A stretch of DNA of 64,000 nucleotides from assembly GCF_021869535.1 (NCBI RefSeq), contig NW_026262667.1:1178001-1242000 (forward strand), given 5' to 3'. The stretch is from Mytilus californianus (lineage: Eukaryota). Position 1 is the stretch's first letter; each line of letters starts with the position of its first letter. Below the pieces are notes generated by a model. It searched no databases. It had not been told where the DNA came from and saw only the letters and a list, made by a program, of their open reading frames with translations. Positions 37,258 to 50,473 of this stretch are shown piece after piece. Made by a program: the position numbers and the translations under genes.

Positions 37258-37760
37258 ACGAAGAAAGCTAAGACCTCTGACCACATGTTTGTAATCAGGA
37301 CAATTATTGATAAATATTGTAATAATCCTGGTGTTAGAATATAGCAAAGTGCTCTCGACCAATGAAAGTGTAGAATTTGGTGTTCCTTAATTGTGAAGAA
37401 TGAATGTAAATCATGTTCTTAGTAAAAGTTATCCTTTTTTTTTGGCCTATTTAAAGTTCAAAACAAAGGATTTCTATAAATGAGTTACAAAAGGTCATTT
37501 GAGCCTTGAGCACTTTACAATATTCTAAGTTTGTAAGATTACTTCAAAAAGGCCTTTGATACTGTTATTTACACTGGAATTAAACTGAAACTACACTAGA
37601 TATTGGGGTGGGATCTTCATTTTACAACATCATTAAAAACATGTGTGAAGTAAGCAAATTGTGTGTAAAAGTAAATGTAACTTAACAGACAGCTTTTCAA
37701 CACACCTGGAGGTAAACAAGGAGACAACCTTAGTCCAAAACTCTTCAAGATCTTTATTAA

Positions 37761-38347
37761 GGATTATGTACCCTTGTGTTGGCTCAATGCTAAACATATG
37801 GAAATTTTATAGAAAATCCACAGCCTTTCCCCATGTTCTCTCATATTTGGCAATTTAATACTTGATAGATAGATAATTATTGCCTGCCGTGCTAACAATG
37901 ATTTCCTTAAAACAAGTTTATTAATTTAGTTATTGGTTAAAACAAATATAAAAATGGACCAATTCAAGTACACCTTTTAGGGTGCGCTCGACTTTAGTGA
38001 CTCAGCACGAGGTATTTTGGAATTTAAAGGTTGTTTATGACTTTTTGTAAACAATAATCGCTAGCTGATCATAGAAAAACAAGTGAGTAATCTATGTTTA
38101 AAATTTTATAACAAAATTCTCTGTATTAAAGTCTATGGATTTTCTACAAAAATCTTGGTTTTATTTTCACCAAATTCTCTTTTCCTACTAAATGCAATTA
38201 AACTATAAATAATAATGCGTTGCATGAAGTTTCCCCTTGATATATGTATAAAATGGTCCATCTCTTTCATTCATTATCTTTGCTGTTTTTATACTATTGA
38301 AGTTTGAAAATTTCGTAATTGACAGGCCACAGAAGGGGTCATAAACC
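37761..38347. mobile_element. MITE with TTAA target duplication (Kolobok-like GG...CC termini)
   Basis: TTAA at 37757-37760 and 38348-38351; imperfect TIRs GGATTATGTACCCTTGTG / CAGAAGGGGTCATAAACC. Removing it restores the LINE frame KIFINNLTNY. Confidence 0.75.
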
Positions 38348-39677
38348 TTAATAATTTGACAAACTATTTAAAAAACTATGAGGACCCAGTTTCGATAAAT
38401 AATCAAGATTTACACTGTCTTATGTATGCTGACGATATTGTTTTTTTATAAACATCTCCCAACTGCTTGCAAAATAAATTGGATATGTTGCAAAATTACT
38501 GCAATGACTGGTGCTTAAGTATGAATACAGACAGGATAAACCAATAAGACCTAAACAAACTAAGCACATCAGACGGCCTTACTGGAATGACGAACTGAAA
38601 ACACTTTTAAAAAAAACACACGAGTCGGAAATTTTATTTTTGAGATGCCACGGGAACAAACGTCCTCGTGAAGGCTGTCATTTGGTATATCGAGAAAAAT
38701 GATCGTGAAAGAATACGTAACGGTGGTCAAGTATTGCGATCGGATCGTGAATGTAATTAATTGTAGTTCTACTTCAAAATCTATGAAAAATTTGCTGTAT
38801 TTTGAAAACGCGGAACAAATCCGAAAAAAAAAATTATGTCTGTCAAAATGATTCAACTTTCTCAATGATACTGTGCAATAAGATAAAGAAAATATGCAGT
38901 ACTTTAAGAGAAAACAAAAGGCACAACACAAGTCTATGGGATTCATTAAAAAAAAACACGTTTTGTACCTATAATGGTCCCATTCCAATATATAATGATA
39001 TATTTGAAACTGAATCTTTGGTGTGTCAGATAGTATAGTAAAATACAAGTTTTTTCCTCTTGAAACCGTTCATTTTGTTTTAGAAAACATAGAATTTTGT
39101 TGATTTTTCATCAAAATTTATCGTGACAGATCAGGCAACGCATTATCTTGATCGTGAAAGACAAGGCGTGACCAGACGGACGCAGGACGTTCGTGCCTTT
39201 TTACCTGTAACTCTAAAGGACATTTGCGCTTTAAACTTTGATACACCCGAACAAAATTAACAAGACATTAACACTTTTTACCTATAAAAGTTTATCTGTA
39301 ATCTTTAGAAAATTTACAAAAAGGCATGGAAAGATTTTCAACTATTCTTTGAAAGCTCTTTCGAAAAAACAACAAAATCAGAACAAAATATTCGTGTAAA
39401 CTAGACATATTATAAAAAATATAATGAAAGCTCTTCCGAAAAAACGATAAAATCAGAACAAAATATTCGTGTAAACCAGACATATTATAAAAAATATAGT
39501 ATACGTTTCTGGGTAAACGATAGAGAAAACTAAACTTTTATGGATGGAACATATAAATTTTGGCCGAAATTCTTCAATTAGCTTTCTTATTAGTGGAATA
39601 AAATAGGGAACTGTGGTTATTCTGTTGCATGAATAGTTCGAGGAACTGTATCATCATAGTTTTTATAAGCTTTTTAA

Positions 39678-40257
39678 AGGAGTAGGTCCGGTAAGGGCCG
39701 ATTTTGGCCTCAAAATTCAGGTTCATTTGATGAAAGATTTTGGACACTTTTTAAACATTTAAGTGTCTACTTCAGTCGATTTAATTAGTTTATGTGAAAG
39801 ATTTGAACTGATTTAGTCATTAAAGACGCTCAAATTCAAGCTTAAATATGAAAAATCTATCAAATATGCCATAATATGTCACTTTTCAGATGGTTTTTGT
39901 CAAAAACGAAAGTGGCCGCATCCGTGTTCATTCTCAACCTTTATATATGTTATGTATTATCATCAAATACAACTTGCATTTAAATATTAGGAATGAACAC
40001 AAATGCGGCCACTTCCATTTTAGACGAAAACCGTCTAAAAATTAACCAAAATGCTAAAATTTGGAAGATTTCAGTAATGTGACATGACTTAATGATGCTA
40101 TTACCAGATACATGTGCATTGTATTGTCAAAAACAGCCCATGTTTATGTAACAGAAGTATTCTACTTTCTATTAAATAGCTAAAAGTTTACATTTTAACA
40201 ATTTTGTAAAACTGCTATATTTTGGGGCCAAAAAGGGGTCTTACTGGACCTACTCCT
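39678..40257. mobile_element. 580-bp MITE, TIR AGGAGTAGGTCC(G/A)GTAAG, TTAA/TTAT (or TA) flanks; Kolobok-like
   Basis: Left TTAAAGGAGTAGGTCCGGTAAGGGCC, right GGGGTCTTACTGGACCTACTCCTTTA. Confidence 0.8.
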
Positions 40258-40489
40258 TTATAAAGACCGAAATTTTATTTTAAAACCACCTGCTGTACCT
40301 TATAGAAAGAGTCATGATTATTACTCCCATTCACTCTCTTGGAGTGTTGTCGTTTTCATCTAACACAAGCATGATGGGAAAAGGTTGATGCTTTTAGCTA
40401 TATATAAATATATGAATGTTTTGTGGGTTTTTTTTTATATTAAATGATTTGTATGTTATGTTGATACAGCGCAAATGTCCTAAAAATGT

Positions 40490-41065
40490 AAGCGCAAATG
40501 TTCTGCGCCGGACCAGACTTAATAATAAGAAAACAATATTTATTTTACCAATTGATATACTTGCAACTAGTTGAAGCATGTAATTATTTTGATAAGAACG
40601 AACATTTTTCGACAAGAAAGATCGGTGATTGCTCGACTAAGATGCGGACTGTTCCCGCTAGAAATCGAACGGGGACGCTGTCGAGGAATTCATGCAGAAA
40701 GACGCTTATGTAAGCTATGTAAGTCAGGCGCGGTTGAGGATGAGACTCATTTTATACTCCACTGCTCAAAATATGCAACACAACGATTTACCATAAAACT
40801 TAAAACTTTACTCAGTACAGGGATAAAAGTAGTTGCTAAATTCATTATTGATATTTTTAACATTCGAACACAAAATTTATCTGTAACCTAAAAACCAACT
40901 TTTTGCACAAATGACATAGATAAATAAATTTCTTAGAATAATTGATGTTTAATATTTTTGGAACAAAGTGCTTCATAAGCCTATGGAGGCTGGATGATAT
41001 TTGTATTGTAAGTTGTATAACTATAGATATATAATCAGGTTGCACTATAATAAACAAATATATAT
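40490..41065 (+). mobile_element. Third LINE 3' fragment with CCHC knuckle (a related upstream piece at ~38535-38690)
   Basis: RSVIARLRCGLFPLEIERGR...RRLCKLCKSGAVEDETHFILHC (ORF 40571-40891); 38511 ORF contains RPYWNDELK. Confidence 0.75.
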
Positions 41066-42524
41066 TTATAAATATTTAACAAGGCCGGTAGATTGATTGA
41101 AAAAGCCTATTTTAAGTTGTCTACAGATTTTTTATCCTTGCATTCTTCAGTCAAAACAAGCATGCATGTATTCGATCGTACCACCAAACCCATCCTTTTA
41201 TACAGCTGTGAGATATGGGGTGCCTTTAACCCAATGTCTGCTAAATTTAGAAATGGGATTGTTTCATTTGACCTTATTTACTCTAAATTACCTGCTAAAA
41301 AATCTTCATACTAAATTCTGAAAATTTATTCTTGGCGCTCCAATAAGAAGTACTAACTTTGCTGTGTTAACTAAGTTTAACATGAATAAAGCAATGATTT
41401 AATACTATTACAGATTAGAAAAATCTGGCACTAACTTCCATTGTTATACAATGACTTTTTAGAATCTAAGAAATTGTATGAGTCAAAAAAACCGTCGTGG
41501 TACATGTCGTCTAAGAAACCTTTTTCACTTATCAATAATTGTCCAACATCCTCTGACAGGGGTAAACCAATTGACAACAGAAAACTTAAAATTGCCATGT
41601 TGAAAGATTGGGAAAAATCTCAATAATCATCAGAAGGGAAACCATGTACATATGTTACTTTTAAATTCAATTTTGGTTGCGAAAAATATCTTGATATTGT
41701 TAAAAAAATTTGAAGAAAGACTAGAAGAGTCTAACAAGATTTTGCATATCTGCTTTCCATTTACTTATAGAGAGAGGTAGACATAATAATACTCCCCGAT
41801 ACAATAGAGTATGTCAAAGATGTTGTAGTAATGAGGTCGAAGATGATACAGATTTTCTTTTTAACTGTGATAGTCTATCTGACCAACGAAAAGATATGAT
41901 AACAATGATAAATAATTGCTGGAAAAAGTTTTAAAAATCTAGACCCTACCAAAAAACTGATATAGCTAACGAATAATCCGATGAGAAATTGCTTACAGAA
42001 TTGTGCATATTCATTTAGAAATATGAAAGGTTTTGATGGGATTAATCTTCCTTATCTTCTTATCACTTGAACTTTATAATTTGCCCTTAGTGAGTTCTAG
42101 AGCACAGTCCCTTGATGAATCTTGCACAGAAGCAATGTCAACCCTTTACTGCTGTACATTAGTCATGAAAAGAACCACTATTGGGGATAATCTCATTATA
42201 ATTTTTGTAGCTGGTTCTGTATGACCGCCCCTTGATTACCTCTGCATTGTGGTGATGTAGAACTACTACAAAAGGAGAAACTATATTTCTTGTTCTATTA
42301 TTTCCTACTAATAAATTTTATATCTATTTATATATTCGACCTCATTACATTAAACACTTCATACTGTAATAGTATCCTATATTGCTCATATTTTTCTTTA
42401 TCTTCTTTGTGTGTTGTGTATCTTCACTGAAAACTTGCATGTTTTATAATAACTATTGTATTATGATGTTTATGTTTCTTGCCTGACAAGGGCCCATGGT
42501 TGGTAAATAAAAATAAGGTTTAAT

Positions 42525-44194
42525 CACAGTGTAGATACTATTATGTACGCTATCTGGAAGTCGCGATTTTCGAAGCGATGATTTCCTACTGGCTAACAGG
42601 ACGGTATTGCCTACGGTGACTTTTCTCATCATTTGTTTACTCCTATATCTATAAATTGCTTCGAACATCTTCAAGGTATGTATAGCATCATAAATATGAG
42701 TAACTGTAACAAAAACATGCATAAGAATATAAAATATACGTGTGCATCACACCAACTTGATAGAAAAAAGTGAAATCGATGGACAATTTTGCTCTCGTAG
42801 TACAAAGCAAATAATCTTTTATTGCAAATATTTGCATCAGTTTACAGTTAAATATATACTGTTTCAATATTCTTTTCGTATTTAAGTAGAATATTCGTAT
42901 TTCCCATAAAAAATATGTTTTCCTTGAGGATCCCAAAATAAATTACTGTACGATCAGTCTAGAACTGACTGTATTCTAGAAGCGATTTCAGATTTTTTGA
43001 CTGTATGACCAGTCGTGATTTTGAAAAAGAAACAACGGCAATTTGAAGGTATATACGTGTCTATGTGATATTATGAACTGTCCAGGGAACTATAACGTGT
43101 AATTTCTTTCATCAGACAATAAAAATATATTTCTGATGATTTTTGTAGACGGCATTTGTATGGGAACATATATTTGGAATCCCTTTTCTCCTGGATTGGA
43201 CCCCCTCTCCATTTAAAAATGGCTGGAACCCACAATGTATATTAAGTGGTTTATGAGGAGATGCACTTACAAAACCGACGAAACATATTGTACCGGTCCA
43301 ACGGAAAGACGGACTTCATTATCACTATAAACCCCCGCTTTACAAAGTGGTGTACAATTGAGTGTCAAAGAGACAGCTCTACATCCAAAACAAAGTGAAG
43401 GAACTGTGATCAATTATAGGCTACAGTACGGCCTCGAATGTGTGTAAATACATGCATTTTTATATAACAATTAAATCTGTGTGTTTGTACAATTTTAAGT
43501 ATAACGGAGGACATTTCTGAAACTTATATATACAACAAACCTTCCTCTTATTTTAGCAACATTTAAACATCCTTATACTTAATGTAGTAAGTCGAGTACA
43601 CCCCATCAAGCTAAAACATGTTTCATAAGTTTTCAGGATGTGAATTTATTGAAATACATTTGTGTTATTTAGAAAAATGCCACCTTCTAATGTATCGTAA
43701 ATAACTTTGAAATCACCACTAAAATACAGTGAAATAAAGACTGATCATACAGTTTCAAAATATACAAGCGAGACTGATCGTACAGTGAGAAATTCAAACA
43801 AGTGTAATTTTCTTATTTCTGGCTTCAAAGATCTGGTTGAAACTTTTACCACCACTTGAAATATACTTCATTTAGTTAATTACGTCTGGTTTTTACGTTA
43901 ATTTGTACACTAAGAGGGTAAAAAGATTGTTTTTAGGTTCACCGACTGATTTTCCTTAGTGATGCACTTGAAAATCTCTTGATTAAGGCAAAGATACGAA
44001 TAATGAATGTGCTGAATTTAATTCTAAACCATTTGAGAACATCGATGTCAGCTGAATTAATCATTAAGCAATGTAAAGATGATCAACTTACCGTTTAATT
44101 CAGTATATCCATCAAATTTAAAATGTGATCCAAAAAGTTCTCGCTTCGAAAATCGCGACTTCCGGATAGCGTACAGAATAGTATCTACACTGTG
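42525..44194. mobile_element. 1,670-bp non-autonomous DNA transposon, 54-bp TIRs starting CACAGTG, 5-bp TSD TTAAT (Transib/RAG-like superfamily candidate)
   Basis: TIRs 42525-42578 and 44141-44194 match at 52/54. TTAAT at 42520-42524 and 44195-44199; no 2-, 3- or 4-bp TSD fits. No internal transposase ORF. Confidence 0.8.
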
Positions 44195-45415
44195 TTAATG
44201 TCTAAATGTCTAATGTAGGGGTGTCACGCCACGCTCTCTGTATGTAAAACAATCATCGAATTAGGTCCAAAGAGACCACGGATACAAAAGTTCTACCTCT
44301 GTCTCCTAGTCAAGTTCGAAATTCTTGGTATCATTATCGTCGACCCTCTTCGGAAAACCTTTCTATTGGATTATTAATGATTTATTTTTATCCTCAATAT
44401 GCATGAAATGAAATAAGAGAATAAATACTTGCACAAAAACTTGCCTCACTGCTGACGAATTTTTACTTTTTTTAATTTTGTGGATAATGTACAGAAAACC
44501 AAAAAGATTTTGTAGATAATGTACAGAAAACCATAAATCATATTTACGCATAGAAACTCGCACAGTGTTAATAAATAACATATTTAAAAAAAAATCAGAT
44601 GTTAGAGTGGCTTTTTAATCTATCGACAATAAGTCGAAAAATCAACAAAACCTACCCCGGTTTAATTTCTACCCAGGCATAAAAGTTTGAATTGACACCC
44701 GCTAAAAGACATTAATTTTCTTTTCTTTTGTGACTTCGTTGGTGATGCATCAAATGCATTTACTCACGCTTGGATCTATTGAAATTTTTTTTTTAAATTA
44801 TTACAATGTCTGCTATTTTCTTTTTATATTGTTATCGTGAGCGACAAAACATTTAATGTTATTGAAAAGAAAAGAGGACAACTTAGACCACATAGAAATC
44901 TGACCCTTCTATCATATGTTGCAATGTTTTCATTTCCGATGAACAAAACGTATAGTAGTTTCGTGTAGGTGTTTTGTTCCAAATCTTGCAATCTTTTTAT
45001 AAACTATCAAAACAATTTTTTCAATAAATAAAGTTTGAATAGACAAAATATAAAAGTTGTAAGTGATTTGTTTGTTTGTTAATTTGATTTGTTGTTTGTG
45101 TTTGTGTTTTTAGTTTTGGTATTTACAAGTATGACCGTCTATATGAATATACACTGTTGATTTTCCATTCCATCACGTGGTGGAATAAAATGTGACTATT
45201 TCATTTTTCGTGTGATGTGAAGTTGTTCTAGCACATGTATTTGTTAACTCTAGTTTACAAAACATGTTTCAAACGATAAAATTCCCAATCGCTGACTTGA
45301 TGAAAACGCTAAATACATTAATAGAAGCTTATTGTTTAAAAAAACAAACACCTAGTGATGTCTAAATACTTGTTGGTTTATGGATTTTTGTTCGTCAGTT
45401 TTCATAGGATATTTA

Positions 45416-45656
45416 GGGAGCTACCATTTGATTTTTATGGGGCTAGGATGAAAAATTTTATCCTGCATTTTTTTTAGTTGTAATCTCTGTCCTGCCTTTT
45501 TATTTTTCACTCTATTCGGTCCTGCCTTTTTTTTCATTAGTTTATCCGGGCTTTTTTACATTAATTGTCATCCTGCCTTTTTTTTACTCAAAACTCCTGT
45601 CCTGCCTTTTTTCAAAATTCATCCTAGCCCCCCATAAAAATTAAATGGTAGCTCCC
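45416..45656. mobile_element. PIF/Harbinger-type MITE, 241 bp
   Basis: TIR GGGAGCTACCATTT(G/A)ATTTTTATGGGG..CTAGGATGAA, TTA on both flanks (45413-45415, 45657-45659), internal TCCTGCCTTTTT repeats. Confidence 0.85.
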
Positions 45657-45929
45657 TTATACTTCAATTCCCATGTATAAATCATTCATAATGATGAACC
45701 TACCTTAAATATATGCTCCTCTATTTTCCGTCAAATCTGCAAACCCGAATGTCACAAGCCAGAAATTATCCAAAGAAACTTTGTTAAAGGTACATACATA
45801 TAAGCCAAAGTCAACAGCTTCGTTTAGTTGTTTAGTCACGGAACTCTTTGCTCAGTTCAACGCACGTGAAAGAATATTAGATCGCATGTACGGCAAAATT
45901 TCGTTAAAACAGCACTGATAAATTGTTAA

Positions 45930-48450
45930 AACAGAGAAATATAGTTGACATATTGCTTATAGTATCTGATAAACTGACAAAACCATGAAAACTTAATATT
46001 GGCCAATAAACCATGAATATGAGGCCAAGGTCAGATGAACCCCGTCAGACAGACATGTACACCGTACAATCATTCCATACACCAAATATTGTGGCCCTAT
46101 TGATTTAAGTATCTGTGCAATAGACAAAACCACAAAAACTAAACATTGTCCAATGAACCATGAAAACAAGTTCGAGGTCAGATGAAACTTGGCGGTCGGT
46201 CATGTACACCTTACACTCATTCCATACACCGAATATAGTTGACCTAGTGCTTATAGTATCTAAGATTTGACCAAGAGGTCATGTGGACCCTGTATTACAG
46301 ACGTAGACCTTACAAAAGAGAGGAGAAGGATACTAAAGGGACATTCAAACTCATAAGTCGAAAATAAACTGACAACGTCATGGCTAAAAAAGAAAAAGAC
46401 AAACAAAAGTACACAAAACAACATAGAAAACCAAAGATTGAGCAACACGAACCCCACTAAAAAAACTGGGGGTATTCTCATATGCTCCGGAAGGGTAAGC
46501 AGATCCTGCTCCACATGTGGCACCCGTCGTATTGCTCATGTAAGTACAAACCTGGTGATATGTCCAATTCGGTAGGTCACATTCGGGGGAAAGGGGACGA
46601 GATTGTTGTTACGATAATTGGAACATATCCGTAATCATCTGTGAAACAGATATTCCATAACAGTCAACCAACTCGTGATAGCGTCCGTAAAATTTACGAA
46701 GGGATGATTTCAACTTCCCCACATGGAACTCTTTGTTTAATAGCTTTCTTGTGAGCAGCAACCATATACCAAGGAAATCATGATAGGAAACACAAAGCCC
46801 TGTAATATCATATCAACTGGGAGATGTATACTCCGTATGCATGCGCTGCTGGAATGTTGCTACATAGAAATGGACAGTTCACAATTTGGAAGCTGAAATC
46901 ATCTCTTTTGTCGTAAAGTTTTGTTTTCAACCGACCCAAAATGCCAATTTCTAGATGTAAGTCAATATATGAGACAGACTTGACTGTATCTGTATTATTC
47001 TTTATCTCAAGCTCGATGGGATAGATGCGTTCAACATAATCACCAAATGTTGAATTGTTTTGTGATAGAACATCATCTATATAGCGGATAGTAAAGTTAA
47101 AGGAAACTACTAACTTTTTCTTTAATTTCTTCCTAAGAAGTTCCTGTATGAAGACAGTCTCATATGAATAAAGGAACAAGTTGGCAAGAAGAGGAGCACA
47201 GTTGGTTCCCATGGGAATGCCGATTGTTTGTTGAAAACACGTCCTCCAAACGTAACATTTATGTTGTCAATCAAGAAATCTAGCATCTTGATAATGTCGG
47301 TTTCAGAGAATTTTTTGTTTGAATCAGAGTGATTTTTTACAAAGTACGATTTATCCCTCCCTAAGACAAGACACTTGTATCTACGTAAGCCATTCTTTTT
47401 TATGAAACAAATCATCACCAACTCTTTCAATTTGTCTTTTAGTTTGGAATGGGGAATACTTGTGGAAAGCGTAGAAAAATCAAATGTTTTAATACTATTG
47501 CAAGATGAAAGAGTCTTAGATTGTATGTCCTCTAAGAGATCGTTGGAATTTTTTAGTATCCACATCTGATTCACCCCACCTCTAGAATAGGTAGTTTCAC
47601 AATAAGTTTGAAGCCCGGCTTTGATTGCTGATAAAATTGATGTAAATAATTAAGAAAGAGGTTTCGTGGAGCACTTGGAAGACCCAGAAATATAACGTTG
47701 TTTGTAAGGACAAAGGACACTTATGTAGTTTATGTATCCAATACAGTGAAGGAAGATCCAGTTCTTTATCTTTGGTTGAAGTTCCAAAGGAACATAGAAC
47801 AGACCTATGATTATCCAGGATTTCCACCTTGGTAAGTGTCATGGGGGTATATGTTGAGTTTTCAAGTTAATTGTCAATACTTAATTCATTTATCAAGCAG
47901 TTTATGTAATGTGATTTACACACAAAAACGATGTTGTTTGGGGCTTTATCTGCGGGGACAACAACATATTTGTCATGGAGGTAGGACAGGTGTTTTGAAA
48001 CATTTGGGTCTTTAAAGATTGATGTAGCATTTGTGTTCATAGACCCATTCAGTTTTTTTAATTCTGATTTTGTATCAATGACCTCACAGCCTTAATCCAT
48101 TCGGAAAGAGAATCTGCGTCTTCTTTATCGCGTTTAACCTATCGCCTGGCATAGTCCTATAGGATTCAATATATCAAATATATTTATCCTATTACTCATA
48201 AGTGAGTATTTCACATGACAAAAAACTATAGATCACTATACATTTTTTTAAGCAGTCACTGAACCATGAAAATAAATTCAATGACAATGGACATGTGGCA
48301 GACGGAAACTTCGATACATAAGGTATCTTCGTACAAGGCATGAAGCATACAGTTCTTCTACCTCCTGAAATATAAAGCTTTGAACAAATACTTCACGCCG
48401 TCAACACCGGATTGTAATCCCTATGTCTCGCATTCTGAGACTTAAGTTTT
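45930..48450 (+). mobile_element. HINE/satellite-like element with ~150-bp tandem units, split by the Penelope-like insertion (pieces ~45930-46290 and ~48170-48450)
   Basis: Repeated AACCATGAAAA..GAGGTCAGATGAA..CATGTACACC..CATTCCATACACC units on both sides of the insertion. Boundaries approximate. Confidence 0.55.
46311..48140 (-). pseudogene. Penelope-like retroelement, 5'-truncated, frameshifted RT
   Basis: SIKTFDFSTL, MGTNCAPLLANLFLYSYE, RYIDDVLS and LYDKRDDF..NIPAAHAYGVYISQLI spread over three frames (ORFs 46808-47212, 47122-47574, 47597-47842). Confidence 0.88.
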
Positions 48451-48789
48451 TGTTTTTCTCTTATTGTTTCATCTTATATCAGGAAGTTGGTTTTCTCGTT
48501 TGAATTGCTTTACATTTTTTCATGCCAGGGACTTTGATAGCCGACAATACGGTATGAGTTTTACTCATTGTTGAAGACCTACGGTAACCTACAGTTGTTT
48601 ATACATATATATCATTTAGTCTCTTGTGGATAGATGTCTCAATGCCGGTCATACCATATCTCCGTATTTTTGTTATGACAGAAACATAATGCGATGTTCT
48701 CTTTTTCACTTAAATAATTAGAACAGGTCCTTGTTAAGCTTTTTTCTTAATTCAGATATAAACTCAACCTCAACTCTCGTTAAATAGTG

Positions 48790-48885
48790 TTTTTTTTTTT
48801 TTTTTTTTTTTTTTGGAGGGGGGGGGGGGGAGAAGGGTTGTTTGTTTTTGATTTATTTTAATTTTTTTTTTTGGGGGGGGGAGGG
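48790..48885. repeat. Low-complexity poly-T/poly-G tracts
   Basis: Long T runs each followed by G runs, occurring twice. Confidence 0.85.
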
Positions 48886-50127
48886 TTTCTTATCAACATG
48901 CATTTAAAAGAGTCGAATCACCTTGTTTTTACAGATAGAAGATCGTGACAGGTATTTGTAGGTATAAATGAAATATTGAAAGCTTATGATGATCTTCTTC
49001 ACTTCAGTTGTAAATAATTTTAGATTTCATTTAAGTAATTCTGCATATTGTATATTAAACGAATGTGTGGCCCGCCAGTGCAATATTTTTTTCGGAAAAT
49101 CATACTGTTCAGCCAACCTATATCATCAAACTAGTATGGACCAATATTTCATTGTCCTATGCAATTGGTCAATTATGTTTAAAAGGTCGTCGACGTCTCT
49201 CACGATTTCTTCATATGAAATATATATAGACAATCCTTAACTGGTTTTGCAAGGACGGCGATGATATATTAAATCTTATATAGTCATGGATGGATACGCC
49301 ATATCCTTTGTTTTTTCTATTGTTCGTATGTGTGTGAACAGTCAAAACTCCGGAAAAGAGAGTTGTTTATTGTTGTAGAAGAATATTCGGATTCCTCTTA
49401 TAGCCAAAGCAAATGGAAATCACTGTTGTCGAATTCATGTAATGCTTGTTTTGTCTATACGAACAAGAGAAAACAAGATTGCTAGTATATTTTCAAATTT
49501 TAATTTTGATTCTTTTTAAATTTCATACCCTGTTATAAATATATTTTGGTCATATAATTCTTCTGACCAAACTCAAAATATTGCTTATAAGGAATGTCAT
49601 GAACAAATGAAAGTCACATGAATGATATATATATAAAATGTACAATGAATTGAGACAAAATAACCGTACATCATGTTTCAAAAAGTAGAAAAATAACTAT
49701 ACACATTCTCTGTACAAAAACATTAACAAACATAGACAAAACAAATATCAACTTTGGTATAAACGATTCTTCAATAGAAAAAAAAGAGTATTGTAAAAGA
49801 GATTAAGACAAACAAAGAGGGTCTAAACGGGTATTTTATGTATACCAATGTTGTTTTCTGATGTTTCTATGAACACTAACTGCAATATGAAATCCTAAAA
49901 TCAGTAGTTTATCACTGAAAGTGTTCTTCATAACAAATTCTGAAAGTTTTGTAGCCTGGTATCCCGGCCCAATCTCTGGGTTTCGTCGGTAGTGTCAAAC
50001 AGTGAGCCAGGATCCGATACTAGAAGTTTTGCCAATACCATGTACCCGTTTAAATCCTCATCAAGGAGTATATAATGCCACAAAAATGGAACAAGAAAGA
50101 CTAGAGATCTCTGCTCTCAGCAGTATG

Positions 50128-50233
50128 TCATATTCATATGTCGTATGACGGCATAGATTATCATATTCATATGTCGTATGATGGCATAGATTATCATATT
50201 CATATGTCGTATGATGGCATAGATTATCATATT
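50128..50233. repeat. 33-bp tandem repeat, ~3.2 copies
   Basis: TCATATTCATATGTCGTATGAYGGCATAGATTA at 50128, 50161 and 50194. Confidence 0.9.
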
Positions 50234-50346
50234 ATGCAATTGTATTATGCTTGTTTAGCACCAACCCACCAACCACAGTCCCAAATAAACATGTAAATTC
50301 AACAATTCAGCACTGTATGAAATGGAATAATGTCACGTGATATGAA

Positions 50347-50473
50347 CTAGACATCCAGTTCCGACAGAATTATTTCATAGTCTTTGTCATCGTTCATTTG
50401 ATTGAGTTCTATTACAAAGGTAGATTCGTGAGAATAATGTCGTACAATGTTGTCATCTAATCGTACCAGTATT
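50347..50473 (-). CDS. grh: grainyhead-like terminal exon [23 protein letters not shown]...ELDV*
   Basis: TTTTTCAG acceptor; TAG at 50347-50349. Confidence 0.93.

Larger units (their letters stand above)
35817..42030 (+). pseudogene. Degenerate LINE ORF2 (RT plus C-terminal zinc knuckle) shattered by nested insertions
   Basis: Colinear remnants DPNNYRGLTLTGSIGKLFNSILNSRL (~36720), TSDHMFVIRTIIDKYC (~37275), QGDNLSPKLFKIFI (~37720), LHCLMYADDIV (~38410), KPILLYSCEIWG (~41190) and IERGRH..RVCQRC..EVEDD (~41770), with many stops and frameshifts. Confidence 0.85.
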
